Source: Candidatus Woesearchaeota archaeon (GTDB lineage Archaea > Nanobdellota > Nanobdellia > Pacearchaeales > GW2011-AR1). Taken from it: 64,000 bases of DNA. The stretch lies in NCBI GenBank assembly GCA_964557325.1, contig CAZKZO010000001.1, positions 1,159-65,158 on the forward strand, given 5' to 3'. The notes under the pieces were generated by a model, which saw only the letters and a list, made by a program, of their open reading frames with translations, had not been told where the DNA came from and did not search any database. The translations under genes were made by a program, and so were the position numbers. Shown in pieces: positions 28,541 through 38,454 of the stretch (position 1 is its first letter; the number at the start of each line of letters is the position of its first letter).

Positions 28541-28876
28541 TTATTCACAATCTACTGCAGGACAATCACTAAATCCATAATTAGAATAGTCTTCTGCAAA
28601 TTCTTTACAAGTTCCAAAGACCTCATCTTCTCCTTCTGCTTTTAAACTCCTCTGTAAAGTACAAAAATCATAAACACTTTGTGTTGCACAAGCTGTTTCA
28701 CAAGAAGTCACTACAGTATCAACATTATTATTTGAAAGCCATGGGGCAAGTTTATTCCAACCCAGGGTAAATCCTGCAATAAGAATAACTAAAACTATCA
28801 CAGCAAGAACAATTAATACAATTGCATTTGTACTCAAACCCTGACCTCTTTTATTCAGCATATTTAACTCAAGCAT
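28541..28876 (-). CDS. Type IV pilin-like protein
   Basis: Class III signal KRG|QGLST plus hydrophobic helix; Cys-rich head. Confidence 0.8.
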   Translation of the reverse strand: MLELNMLNKRGQGLSTNAIVLIVLAVIVLVILIAGFTLGWNKLAPWLSNNNVDTVVTSCETACATQSVYDFCTLQRSLKAEGEDEVFGTCKEFAEDYSNYGFSDCPAVDCE

Positions 28877-28906
28877 AATTTATTTATAAAACTTTCTTAT
28901 TAGACA

Positions 28907-29200
28907 CTAATCAACATAATACTTAACACGAACATTTCCTTTTCTAATCTCAAGATATTTTCCTTCTACATCTGACTTTAGAAGTATTTCTCCTTGAACC
29001 AAATTTGTTTCACCCAATTCTCCATAAACATTTAATTTTTCCTTTTGTATTTTTATTTCCTCAACAATAAAAACATCTGAAAATGCTTTTTTTGTATTTT
29101 GGCTTGAAATGGAAAAGCTCAAAATAGCTAAACCACAAAGAATAACTACACCTATCACTAAAATTATCACAGGTATATTTGCTTTTTTATTTAGTTTCAT
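28907..29200 (-). CDS. Pilin-like protein
   Basis: KKA|NIPVIILVI. Confidence 0.7.
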   Translation of the reverse strand: MKLNKKANIPVIILVIGVVILCGLAILSFSISSQNTKKAFSDVFIVEEIKIQKEKLNVYGELGETNLVQGEILLKSDVEGKYLEIRKGNVRVKYYVD

Positions 29201-29678
29201 ATTTTAACATAACCACCTCTAAAGTTTTATTTTGATTTAATTTTATATTTTCAAAAGAATAAGCATAATCTGTTTTTGTTGTTTTGCCTTCAATAGATGT
29301 TTTTGGTTTGTTCCCAAAAAAATAATTCTTTATATCACTCAACCCAAAATCATAAACAACACCAACCCAAACATCTTTAGGGTAATCTTCTAAGAAAAAA
29401 CCTTCAAAAACCTGTAAAGCCAAATTTCCTGTAAAATTTGTTAAATTTCCTGAAGATTTAATTTCATCATAAACTCTTTTATCTTCTGTAAGCAAATAAG
29501 AAAAAAAAGATTTTGAAACCAAAGTATCTTTTTTTGAAAAACTTTCCACAGGTTTATCTGCAAAAACATTAACTGTCAATAAAAGTGAAATTCCTAAAAT
29601 AAAAACTATAATCAAAGTTGCAACCATCCATGTGATTGTTGATGCTATTTGTGCTTTTTTATTAAACCTATTAAACAT
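29187..29678 (-). CDS. Pilin-like protein
   Basis: KKA|QIASTITW. Confidence 0.7.
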   Translation of the reverse strand: MFNRFNKKAQIASTITWMVATLIIVFILGISLLLTVNVFADKPVESFSKKDTLVSKSFFSYLLTEDKRVYDEIKSSGNLTNFTGNLALQVFEGFFLEDYPKDVWVGVVYDFGLSDIKNYFFGNKPKTSIEGKTTKTDYAYSFENIKLNQNKTLEVVMLKYETK

Positions 29679-30180
29679 TTTTCTCCACTTTTCCTACAAC
29701 ACTTAAAATTCTAATATCATATTTATTTCCTTGTTTATCAATACTATAAAAATTTCTTTCCAAACAAAAAGGCAAACCCTCTCCTTTAATACTGCAAAAA
29801 TCTTTAAAATTTTCATTACCTTTATTGACCTTTAATAGTATTCCAGGATTTGCAGTATCAAACTCTCTTACTTCAGCTTCAACATAAAACTGCTCTTGTT
29901 CTTTCCAGCCATATACATCTTCTGTTTCAAAATTCAAGTTACATTTTTGCATAAAATTTTCTTGATTCATACCCTTTAAATCAGCCAAATATCCTGAATC
30001 TGTCAAACATTCTGCAATTTTATCAGTTAAAATGTCTGCTTCAATTTCTCTTACATCATAAGGATTTCCATAAAAAACAGCAGTCATATAAACTATGGCA
30101 GCAGCAACAATAAATAAAATTACAAACCAATAAACTGAAATTACTTTTTCTCCTTTTTTGCCTTTAACTGATTTCATCAT
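29671..30180 (-). CDS. Pilin-like protein
   Basis: KKG|EKVISVYWF. Confidence 0.7.
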   Translation of the reverse strand: MMKSVKGKKGEKVISVYWFVILFIVAAAIVYMTAVFYGNPYDVREIEADILTDKIAECLTDSGYLADLKGMNQENFMQKCNLNFETEDVYGWKEQEQFYVEAEVREFDTANPGILLKVNKGNENFKDFCSIKGEGLPFCLERNFYSIDKQGNKYDIRILSVVGKVEKNV

Positions 30181-30569
30181 TTGATTACAAAATAATAATC
30201 CTCCATACTTGTTGTATTAAAAACAGGATTTACAGAAACATCATTAAAAAAAGAATACTCATAACCTGTATCTTTACTTAACTGGACTCTTACAATATTT
30301 CTCTCTATCTGTAATATTTCATCAGAACTAATACTTTTTTCTTTTTTATTAATAGCCTTTTTCATATTAATCTGAATAAGCATCCCTGGCTCAGCAGAAT
30401 CAATAAGTAATGCAACTTCTTTTGCATATCTTTCTTCTAAAACAGCAACACTACTTGTTTTGGCAGTTAAAAAAACAAGAAGAATTACAATAAAAGCCAG
30501 ATTCAAAATAATAAAAATTATGTTTTCTACTAAAATATTTGCTTTTTTATTTTTTGGCTTTATTTTCAT
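30177..30569 (-). CDS. Pilin-like protein
   Basis: KKA|NILVENIIFII. Confidence 0.7.
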   Translation of the reverse strand: MKIKPKNKKANILVENIIFIILNLAFIVILLVFLTAKTSSVAVLEERYAKEVALLIDSAEPGMLIQINMKKAINKKEKSISSDEILQIERNIVRVQLSKDTGYEYSFFNDVSVNPVFNTTSMEDYYFVIK

Positions 30570-30596
30570 TTTTCAACACCTTATAATATGTAATTG

Positions 30597-31346
30597 TTAA
30601 GCTTTAGTTATAAATTCATCACATTTTGTTGAAGAAGTTTCAGAAGTTTGTACTAAAAAAACACTTAAAACATCATCAGAATTTAAGCCACCTACACCCC
30701 AATTAGCATCCATTCCAGTTAAAACAGATTGCTTTTCACTTAAATTAATTAAACCATTTTTATCAAAATTAAAAACACCTGCCCCTTTAACCTTTTCAAT
30801 ATCAATATTTCCATAAAGATAATTATAATATGTTTGAGAATTTTCTTTTTTAGTGGTTTTCAAATAATTAATAAATTCAGCATAATTTATTGAACCAATT
30901 TCTTGTTCAAGAGAAGAATCAAAATCAACTACAGAACAAATTGCGCATTGCTTTGATGTAGAAGTTTTGCTCACATATCCTGCATTACCTTCTCCAAACA
31001 TCCACCAACAATCAGCCATTTCTTCAGCAAGAGATTTCATTATTTGCTCTTTTTTATTTAAATTATCTAATACTTTAACAGTTATATCAGGATTTATCTT
31101 TTCACAATCTCTTTCTCCAGAAACACAGACATATGTTGTCCTACAATCTAAAGAACCTGAAGAAAAATCATTATTTGATTTTAAAATAACAGAATTATGA
31201 CATATTTCTTTATTTGTGGTTTTTCCTAAATCCAATCTAAAAAATAAAAAAAGTATTACAGAAAAACTAAGTATAAGTATTACTAAACCAACTATTTGCT
31301 TTGTTGTCATTTCTGCTTTTTTACCATTAAATAAATTAAATTCCAT
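30597..31346 (-). CDS. Pilin-like protein with Cys-rich head
   Basis: KKA|EMTTKQIV; LAEEMADCWWMFGEG. Confidence 0.72.
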   Translation of the reverse strand: MEFNLFNGKKAEMTTKQIVGLVILILSFSVILFLFFRLDLGKTTNKEICHNSVILKSNNDFSSGSLDCRTTYVCVSGERDCEKINPDITVKVLDNLNKKEQIMKSLAEEMADCWWMFGEGNAGYVSKTSTSKQCAICSVVDFDSSLEQEIGSINYAEFINYLKTTKKENSQTYYNYLYGNIDIEKVKGAGVFNFDKNGLINLSEKQSVLTGMDANWGVGGLNSDDVLSVFLVQTSETSSTKCDEFITKA

Positions 31347-31447
31347 TACATCACTCCAAATTGTTTAAGCATAAAATACATTCCAGTAAGTGCTATTCCA
31401 AAAAACACTATCCAAATTAAATATTTTATGAATTCATCTAAGTCCAT
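31346..31447 (-). CDS. 33-aa pilin-like peptide without leader
   Basis: Manual: MDLDEFIKYLIWIVFFGIALTGMYFMLKQFGVM; TAATG overlaps on both sides. Confidence 0.65.
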   Translation of the reverse strand: MDLDEFIKYLIWIVFFGIALTGMYFMLKQFGVM

Positions 31448-31899
31448 TATTTTTTTATTATTTGTTTATTTTGATAATCTATTTCCAAAATCACAGGAGG
31501 GTTTTTTATTTCTATATTTTGCCCTAATTTGTATTCTGACTCTCTACAAACACTTTTTTTATCACATTCTTCAATTCTTGACTTAAAAACCATATTCTTA
31601 CAAATGCAAATGCAATCTTGCATTCCTTGTACAGAACAGGATAAAGGCATGTTGTTTCCTTGTGGCCATGAACTAACAAACCAACCTTTAGGATTATAAA
31701 TCTCAATTTCACTTAAACCTGCATCAATACCTTCAATAATATAATCTAAAGATTCTTCAGCTAACTCGAGCTCTTTTGAATCCTTATTAGTATTATAAAT
31801 TGAAAAAAGAAAGTAAACTAAAAGTGATACAGCAATTACACCTATTATCAATTTTAAACTTTCTTCTGCAAGTAAAAACCCTTTTTTATTTGATATCAT
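31447..31899 (-). CDS. Pilin-like protein
   Basis: MISNKKG|FLLAEE; CICIC. Confidence 0.72.
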   Translation of the reverse strand: MISNKKGFLLAEESLKLIIGVIAVSLLVYFLFSIYNTNKDSKELELAEESLDYIIEGIDAGLSEIEIYNPKGWFVSSWPQGNNMPLSCSVQGMQDCICICKNMVFKSRIEECDKKSVCRESEYKLGQNIEIKNPPVILEIDYQNKQIIKK

Positions 31900-31900
31900 T

Positions 31901-32059
31901 TTAAACCCCAATTAAAGCAAGTAAAATATTTCCTGTCTGATTTGTTTTGAAAAAATCAAAAACATAATTTTGGAAAAAACTATACAACCCAAACACAACA
32001 ACACCCACTACTAAAACTCCTATGATTATTTTTATCAAATTACTAATTGTTAATTCCAT
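31901..32059 (-). CDS. 52-aa pilin-like peptide without leader
   Basis: Manual: MELTISNLIKIIIGVLVVGVVVFGLYSFF...; tightly packed in the operon. Confidence 0.65.
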   Translation of the reverse strand: MELTISNLIKIIIGVLVVGVVVFGLYSFFQNYVFDFFKTNQTGNILLALIGV

Positions 32060-32060
32060 T

Positions 32061-32213
32061 TTAAGGGAAAATATTTTTTAAGTTATCTACCAAAGAAATT
32101 CCTTTATCTTTAAGCACTAAAATTGCAATAACTAAAATAGCTAACACAGCTACTGCAAGCAAAACCCAGGGCAAATAATCTGAAATAATACCTCTTTTAT
32201 CATTTAATTGCAT
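32061..32213 (-). CDS. Short Flp-like pilin (50 aa)
   Basis: Manual: MQLNDKRG|IISDYLPWVLLAVAVLAILVIAIL...; first gene of the pilin operon. Confidence 0.72.
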   Translation of the reverse strand: MQLNDKRGIISDYLPWVLLAVAVLAILVIAILVLKDKGISLVDNLKNIFP

Positions 32214-32249
32214 ATAAAAAAAAGCAATAAAGAATTAATAAACTTAACC

Positions 32250-34400
32250 CTAAACTAAATTACCTAAAACAACAGAGGCTAAAATAAACAATGCCATACT
32301 AGTTACAAGAGAAGTTATAAAAAACAATAACATTCCTTTATTCAAATTTTTTCCTGTTTTATGGGTTTTCTGAAGCTTGTCTTCACCTGCATCAATTGCA
32401 ACCAAAGCACCTGTCAAAATAAAAATAATTTGAATCAAATACAATCCTACAATTAATTGCAAATAATAAGGAGGGATCATAGAAGTTACATCAAAAATAT
32501 TAATTATATTTCCTAAATTTCCTGTAATTTCCTGTCCAGCAAGTTCAGATAATTTAAGTCGTGTAAGTATAGTTGTAATCATAGCAGCTAAACCAACAAC
32601 TACTCCTGAAAGAAGCGGAGCAAGAAAGCTCATATTGGATTTCATATCAGAAATAATTCCTGCCAGCATATCTTTTAACCTATTAGTAATTTTTTGAATA
32701 TTTTTCGCATATTCTGAAATACTCATCAAACTTACTGCAGCAATTTTAAGTCCTTTTTTCACAGATTCAATAAGAATCCTCATACTTGTAGCAATTAAAT
32801 CAGAGGGATAAAAATTAATAGCTCCTCTTTTTTTATCAAAAATAGCTCTTTCTACATCCATCCCCATCTGCCTTATATTATAATTAACTCTTCTAAAAAA
32901 ATCTCCTGTTTCCAAACCTTTAGAAGATTCTGCAACTTTTCCAAAAGCTATTTCAGGAGGTAAGCCATTTCCAATCCTATTTCCAAGCTGGAATAAAGAA
33001 TTATTAAATTCTTTTTCAAGTTGTTTAGTTTTAGTTCTCTCTTTTATAAGTTCTTTTGTCCTGTCTTTAAAAGAAACAGAAAAGAATAATGCAATACCCA
33101 AAGGAATAAACAAACTCAAAAATAAAGCACCCATTCCAAAAGGTCCTGTAATGCCTTGAGAAGTTTCCAAAAACCCAAATATTTTTTCATCACCAAAAAA
33201 CCCTAAACCAAGCTGTGTAAAAGTTAAATCTTTAGAAACACCTATCCATTCAGCAACAGGAGTATAATTAAAAATTAAAGGAAGTAACCCTATTAAAATC
33301 AAAGGCAAAGCAATCACTGCTCCTATTATATAAGATTTTTTACTTTTGTATTTTGGATAAAGAGGGTTTCTTTCCAAAAGCTGAGATTCTCCATGTCCAC
33401 CTGGTCTTAAAAATAAAACCTTATCAATAAGGTAAAATACTAAAAAAGGAATTATTAAATTAAATAAAATAAATACATGAACTGTTTTTAAAATCCCCCC
33501 AAGCATTGCAGAAGCAAGAGGAAGTAAAGCTAAACCTAAAGTAGGAAGAACTACTCCAAGCATATAAACATTAGTCAAAGGACTTTTTACCTCGTGAGTA
33601 AATCTAAGCATTTTATCATAAACACCATCTAAAACAACTTTCAGGGATTTTTCCAAAGTTCTTATTCTTCTTGAATTATCTGGCTCAAACAAACTGCTTT
33701 CTATAAGATGGAATGCTTCAATGAATTCAACAGAATAATCTCTCCAAATTTCCAGATAATTATCAAGGCTTTCTTTAATGGTTGAAAATTTTCCAACCTG
33801 AACATTATAAAAAACTTTTTTAAAATCAAGTGCTAAAGGATATTCAAGATTTTCAGAGGCAAATGCAATTGCTCTTTCTAAATTAGGTGTATGCCTCATA
33901 TAAACCACAATATAAAGGATAGCTGGAACCATTTGACTACTTGCTTTAAGCCGCCATTTATTTGCAAGTCTTTGAGGATATCTATTCATAAAATAAAACA
34001 CAAAAATTGACAAAACCGCAGACAAAAGAAAAAATACTGCAGGAATAGTATCTGTAATCAAAAATACTGCAGCAGAAATTATTAATCCAATAAAAAATAT
34101 GCTTAAAAAAGAGATAACACTTAAAGTTAAAGGCTGCCATTCTTCCAAATCCAAATGTGCAATCCTTAAACTTTTTCTTACTTTTTTCTTATCTTTTTCA
34201 GAAACATTAAGCTTAATCAAACTCCCAAGACTTTTACACCATTTTTCATAACGAGAAATATCAGGAGCCATTTCTTTTTTGAAATTAACATAAGACATAC
34301 TATAATTAGAACTTTTTGTCGTAGGTGTTGAAGAAATTTTACCTTCAAGCTTTCCACTATATTTTCTTAAAATATCTTTAACATCTTTATCTTTTGTCAT
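32250..34400 (-). CDS. Pilus platform membrane protein (TadC/FlaJ/GspF-like)
   Basis: Two GspF-like repeats (PNLERAI, G.PPE.AF), multi-TM, between ATPase and pilins. Confidence 0.85.
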   Translation of the reverse strand: MTKDKDVKDILRKYSGKLEGKISSTPTTKSSNYSMSYVNFKKEMAPDISRYEKWCKSLGSLIKLNVSEKDKKKVRKSLRIAHLDLEEWQPLTLSVISFLSIFFIGLIISAAVFLITDTIPAVFFLLSAVLSIFVFYFMNRYPQRLANKWRLKASSQMVPAILYIVVYMRHTPNLERAIAFASENLEYPLALDFKKVFYNVQVGKFSTIKESLDNYLEIWRDYSVEFIEAFHLIESSLFEPDNSRRIRTLEKSLKVVLDGVYDKMLRFTHEVKSPLTNVYMLGVVLPTLGLALLPLASAMLGGILKTVHVFILFNLIIPFLVFYLIDKVLFLRPGGHGESQLLERNPLYPKYKSKKSYIIGAVIALPLILIGLLPLIFNYTPVAEWIGVSKDLTFTQLGLGFFGDEKIFGFLETSQGITGPFGMGALFLSLFIPLGIALFFSVSFKDRTKELIKERTKTKQLEKEFNNSLFQLGNRIGNGLPPEIAFGKVAESSKGLETGDFFRRVNYNIRQMGMDVERAIFDKKRGAINFYPSDLIATSMRILIESVKKGLKIAAVSLMSISEYAKNIQKITNRLKDMLAGIISDMKSNMSFLAPLLSGVVVGLAAMITTILTRLKLSELAGQEITGNLGNIINIFDVTSMIPPYYLQLIVGLYLIQIIFILTGALVAIDAGEDKLQKTHKTGKNLNKGMLLFFITSLVTSMALFILASVVLGNLV

Positions 34401-34414
34401 AATTTTTCCCTTTT

Positions 34415-34900
34415 TTATTTATTATAAAGGTTTAATAATTTAATAAACTTATTTCTATAGGTTTTTATTTCTTCATTTGTTAATTTTGATATAAAATCAA
34501 GTAAATAAGCATTAAAATCCTCTGCAAGAAATATCAACTTTCTCGCCTCTTGAATTTCTATTTGAAAATTTAAATGATATTGTGTCTGTATCCTTTCTTT
34601 TTTTGCAAATAAAATACTTGTATTCTCTAATTCAAAAAGTCTTTTTAAAAGCATAATAGATGCTGTATGATTTTCACTTTTTATTCCTATTTTAAACAAA
34701 AGTGCTAATAATGAATTATACATACTATAATAAATTAAAGAAATAGCTTCTTCAAATTTTTTATTTTCCAATAATATTTTAGCAGAAGACAAATTACTTT
34801 CTAATTTTTTTAAATAAGAGTTTTTAATTATATTGCTAGGTTCAACTAATTTTATCTTTTTCTGCTTTTTTATCTTATTCAAAAAATTTATATCTTTCAT
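34415..34900 (-). CDS. HEPN domain protein
   Basis: YYSMYNSLLALL, SENH, ERIQTQY. Confidence 0.82.
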   Translation of the reverse strand: MKDINFLNKIKKQKKIKLVEPSNIIKNSYLKKLESNLSSAKILLENKKFEEAISLIYYSMYNSLLALLFKIGIKSENHTASIMLLKRLFELENTSILFAKKERIQTQYHLNFQIEIQEARKLIFLAEDFNAYLLDFISKLTNEEIKTYRNKFIKLLNLYNK

Positions 34901-35423
34901 AAAAAGTTTCCACTCCTTTTATTATCACATGATTTTTTTCTATTTCTTTTATTAAAGAATTATTTTTATCATATTTACCAATTTTTATATTAATCTTTGA
35001 ATTAAATGCCTCGATTTCTTTTTTTAAATTTAAACTAGTTGTTTCCACATATATATCGATGTCACTACTTTTATTTGCAGAGAATTTTGCATAAGAGCCA
35101 AATAAAATCGCAATTTTAATTTTAGAATTTCCTTGAATCTTTTCAATAATATTTCTTAAATAAGGGTATGCCTCTAAAAGTTTTTTTAGTTTATAATTTT
35201 CAGTCATAAAAACATATGTTTTTGCTTCTGTTGTTTGTTTTAAAAAATAAATTTTGTTTTTTCCTTCTTCAAAATAATCCAAAACATTCTCTTTATAAAG
35301 TTCATTAAGTTTCCTCAAAACAGTTGTGTGGTTAGTATTAAGTTTTTTTGCTAAAGCTCTTACATGTGTTTTTTTATTCAATAATACATTAAGAATTTCA
35401 AGTTTGTAATCCTTTCGTTCCAT
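34875..35423 (-). CDS. wHTH plus minimal nucleotidyltransferase (MNT)
   Basis: HVRALAKKL HTH; LFGSYAK...SDIDI. Confidence 0.88.
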   Translation of the reverse strand: MERKDYKLEILNVLLNKKTHVRALAKKLNTNHTTVLRKLNELYKENVLDYFEEGKNKIYFLKQTTEAKTYVFMTENYKLKKLLEAYPYLRNIIEKIQGNSKIKIAILFGSYAKFSANKSSDIDIYVETTSLNLKKEIEAFNSKINIKIGKYDKNNSLIKEIEKNHVIIKGVETFYERYKFFE

Positions 35424-35485
35424 GTGGAATATATATGTTCCAATATTTATAAACTTTTGTCATTAAAATTAGAATAGATTTGGGG

Positions 35486-35698
35486 TTAAAAAGAACTTAA
35501 AAAAATGACTCTCTTTTCCAACTCATCTAATTCTCTTAAAGTTAAACATTTACAACCATCACAATTAATATAAATTCTATCTATCTCTTCAGCTCTTCTT
35601 TTTCGCACATACTCTGTTGTAATTTCTCCAGGTTTAACATCTTCTATTTCAGCTATTTTTCTTGAAACATAATATTCTAAAGATTCTTCTCTTCTCAT
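35486..35698 (-). CDS. Hypothetical protein
   Basis: 70-aa ORF between ATPase and MNT genes. Confidence 0.5.
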   Translation of the reverse strand: MRREESLEYYVSRKIAEIEDVKPGEITTEYVRKRRAEEIDRIYINCDGCKCLTLRELDELEKRVIFLSSF

Positions 35699-35722
35699 TT
35701 TAAAATTATCAAAATTATTTAT

Positions 35723-38011
35723 TTATATCTTTCTCTTCTTCACTTCCTCATTCAACCATTTCTGCCATTCAGGAAAAACCCTTTCAGACATAGGCAAACC
35801 AGTTTCCTCTCTAATTTCATCAGAAATTCTATGAAAAGCATGATTAGAATCAACTGTAAATTGAGCTTCAAGCAAATCAGGATTTTTTGATTTTTCAGCA
35901 ACTTCCACAATTGCTTTTTTTATCTTCCCTCTTAATAAAATATTATCATAAACAGCATCCCAATTACCAGCCCATCCTTTAACATTTGAAGCAATTCCTT
36001 TTAAAATCTCACTATCTCCATTAATCAAATCTTCACTCGGAACTAACTCATCTTTCTCTACATCATAATTCAATAAATCAACAAATCCTTTCTCTTCTAA
36101 AGGATCTTTTTTCCAGTGCTTTCTTACTTCAGACAAACGAACTAAACGCTTCCATGAATGCAACCCATCAGATGATTTAATAGGGTTTGCAACTGCAATT
36201 ATGTCTGTTGCTTTAAAACTTGTAGCAGGTACATTTAAATCATTTACAACTCTATCAAAAACAGCATAAGGACTTGCACCATGGATGGTTCCTGCAACCA
36301 CATTTGCCAAAGCACCAACCCTCATAGCCTCATACAAGGCCCTAGCTTCTGAGCTTCTTACCTCACCAATAATTAAACTTGAATCTCCAAGCCTCAAACT
36401 TGTTCTAATACCATCTTCTGCAGAAACTTCTGTAGTTGTTTTAAGCAAAGCAGAACGAACTTTCATTCTTAAAATATCATACTTTAATTTTCTCAAAGAT
36501 TCAACAGGCAGTTCTAAAGAATCTTCAATTACAATAACCCTATATTTTGGAATAATCTCAAGCATTAGACTTCCTAAAAGAGAAGATTTTCCACTACTCC
36601 TTGTTCCAGCAACAAGCATAGTTCTTGAACCATCAATTAAAAAACTTAATAATCCTGCAGTATAGGAATTAATCATTTTATTCTTAATAAATAAAGGTAA
36701 TGTCCATGGTTCTTCTCTATGTCTTCTTATAGCATAAGCCAAACCATCTGGACTTAAAGGTTCTTGAATAATTGCAATTCTTGCTCTTAATTTTCCAATA
36801 TCTAACTGAGTATCTAAAATAGGATTTGCTTCATCTAAAGGTCTTCCAGAAATTAAACGAAATTTAGCTGCCCAAGAATCAACATCTTCCTGACTAGGAA
36901 TTATATTAGTCGAACATTCATCAAAATCCTGATGCCTTACAAAAACAGGAATTCTTGAAATAGGTGCATTTAATGAAATATCTTGTAAGTTTTTATCCTG
37001 TAATAAAACCTCTATTAATCCAAATCCAATTGTATGTCTAACAAGAATAGAAGCAAGAGTATTTAACTCAGAATAATTAATTTTTATATTCTTGCTTTTA
37101 GCTAAATCCTGAAGTAAATCTTTTGAAATATTAAAAAAAACCTGTCTTACCCTTTCTGTATCTGTAAACTCTTCTGATTTTGGCTGGTGCTCTATCAACA
37201 CACTTCTTGCCATATTCAGCAGAGAATTAAATTCTTCACTTAAATTATTTTCAGGAGGAGATAAATGATAAATTAATTTAGGTTCTTCTTTTTTCCTTAG
37301 AAGAGTAACTAAAGATACATCGCTTTCACCAGAAGATATCTTGTATTGGTCAACAATTTCAGCACCATCAGGTAAGTCCGGAACAAGTCGTGTAAATGTA
37401 AAATTAGGAATTGTATCTGGCTTAAAAATTTTATAATAAATATCTCTCTGTCCTTTTTGATAACCTACAAGATAAGGCTCTGCATTTTTGATAATTTTTG
37501 TTTCTCTCATCATGTCTTTGATTTTTTCCAAAAGAGAAATATAATTTGACTGGTCTGACTTAAATACAGGCTGGATTTTTTCATAAAGAATCTTTGCTTC
37601 TACAATTAATTTCTTTATTTCTGCATAAGCTGCAACAGGATCTTGCTTTAAAAGAATTAAAAAAGAAAACATTTCATTATATCTTTTTTTAAAAAACTGT
37701 TCATTTTTAGAAGCAAGTTTTTCTTTGGAAAATATTTTTTCCTGTTTAAAAAGATAAACATAAAGCTGTGCAATTTCCAAAAGCATATTTGTCTCTTTTA
37801 TATCATAATTATAATTTTTCTGCTGAACAAAAACAATTCTTGAAACATTTGGATTTTCCATCAAAGCATCAACAGTATGTTCCATTACTCTAGGATTTTC
37901 AGCAAGACTGGGCACAAAACCTGCTCCAGAGTAATTAATATAAAGAATATCTTCGCCTCCTTTTCTTTCAACCTTATAAGAATATATAGGTTCACCTTTT
38001 TCAAATTGCAT
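35723..38011 (-). CDS. Type II/IV secretion/pilus ATPase (TadA/FlaI/VirB11 family)
   Basis: GTRSSGKS, IEDSLEL, IIGEVR..EA, GTIHG. Confidence 0.93.
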   Translation of the reverse strand: MQFEKGEPIYSYKVERKGGEDILYINYSGAGFVPSLAENPRVMEHTVDALMENPNVSRIVFVQQKNYNYDIKETNMLLEIAQLYVYLFKQEKIFSKEKLASKNEQFFKKRYNEMFSFLILLKQDPVAAYAEIKKLIVEAKILYEKIQPVFKSDQSNYISLLEKIKDMMRETKIIKNAEPYLVGYQKGQRDIYYKIFKPDTIPNFTFTRLVPDLPDGAEIVDQYKISSGESDVSLVTLLRKKEEPKLIYHLSPPENNLSEEFNSLLNMARSVLIEHQPKSEEFTDTERVRQVFFNISKDLLQDLAKSKNIKINYSELNTLASILVRHTIGFGLIEVLLQDKNLQDISLNAPISRIPVFVRHQDFDECSTNIIPSQEDVDSWAAKFRLISGRPLDEANPILDTQLDIGKLRARIAIIQEPLSPDGLAYAIRRHREEPWTLPLFIKNKMINSYTAGLLSFLIDGSRTMLVAGTRSSGKSSLLGSLMLEIIPKYRVIVIEDSLELPVESLRKLKYDILRMKVRSALLKTTTEVSAEDGIRTSLRLGDSSLIIGEVRSSEARALYEAMRVGALANVVAGTIHGASPYAVFDRVVNDLNVPATSFKATDIIAVANPIKSSDGLHSWKRLVRLSEVRKHWKKDPLEEKGFVDLLNYDVEKDELVPSEDLINGDSEILKGIASNVKGWAGNWDAVYDNILLRGKIKKAIVEVAEKSKNPDLLEAQFTVDSNHAFHRISDEIREETGLPMSERVFPEWQKWLNEEVKKRKI

Positions 38012-38099
38012 TTTAACTTAAACAAAAAAAGCCTAACAAGTTTAAAATATTTTGTATTCAAATACAAACAAATTTAAATCACCCTAACTTTAATTTTTT

Positions 38100-38438
38100 A
38101 TGGCAGAAAAACAAGAATATCATCCAGATTCTTATTTAAACGAGTCTGTAATAAAAATAAGAAGTTTAGAAGAAAAACAAAGAATGCTTAAAGACAGACT
38201 TCTTTTAATAGGAGAAAATCTTATTGAAATCCGTGAAAAACAAAAACAGGAAATAATTGAAATTAAAAAAGAATTAGAGATAATAAAAAGAAACATGGAG
38301 CGTTTAACAGGATTTCTAGAAACAGCTTCATCAGAATTTTCAAACTTTGCAAGAAAAGAAGATGTTGAAATACTTGCAAAACAAGCAAAAATATTTCAAC
38401 CATTAGAAATAAGAAGAAAAAAAGATTTAAAAAAATGA
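38100..38438 (+). CDS. Hypothetical coiled-coil protein
   Basis: Heptad pattern; divergent from ATPase. Confidence 0.7.
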   Translation: MAEKQEYHPDSYLNESVIKIRSLEEKQRMLKDRLLLIGENLIEIREKQKQEIIEIKKELEIIKRNMERLTGFLETASSEFSNFARKEDVEILAKQAKIFQPLEIRRKKDLKK

Positions 38439-38454
38439 AAAACCTTAAATTAAG

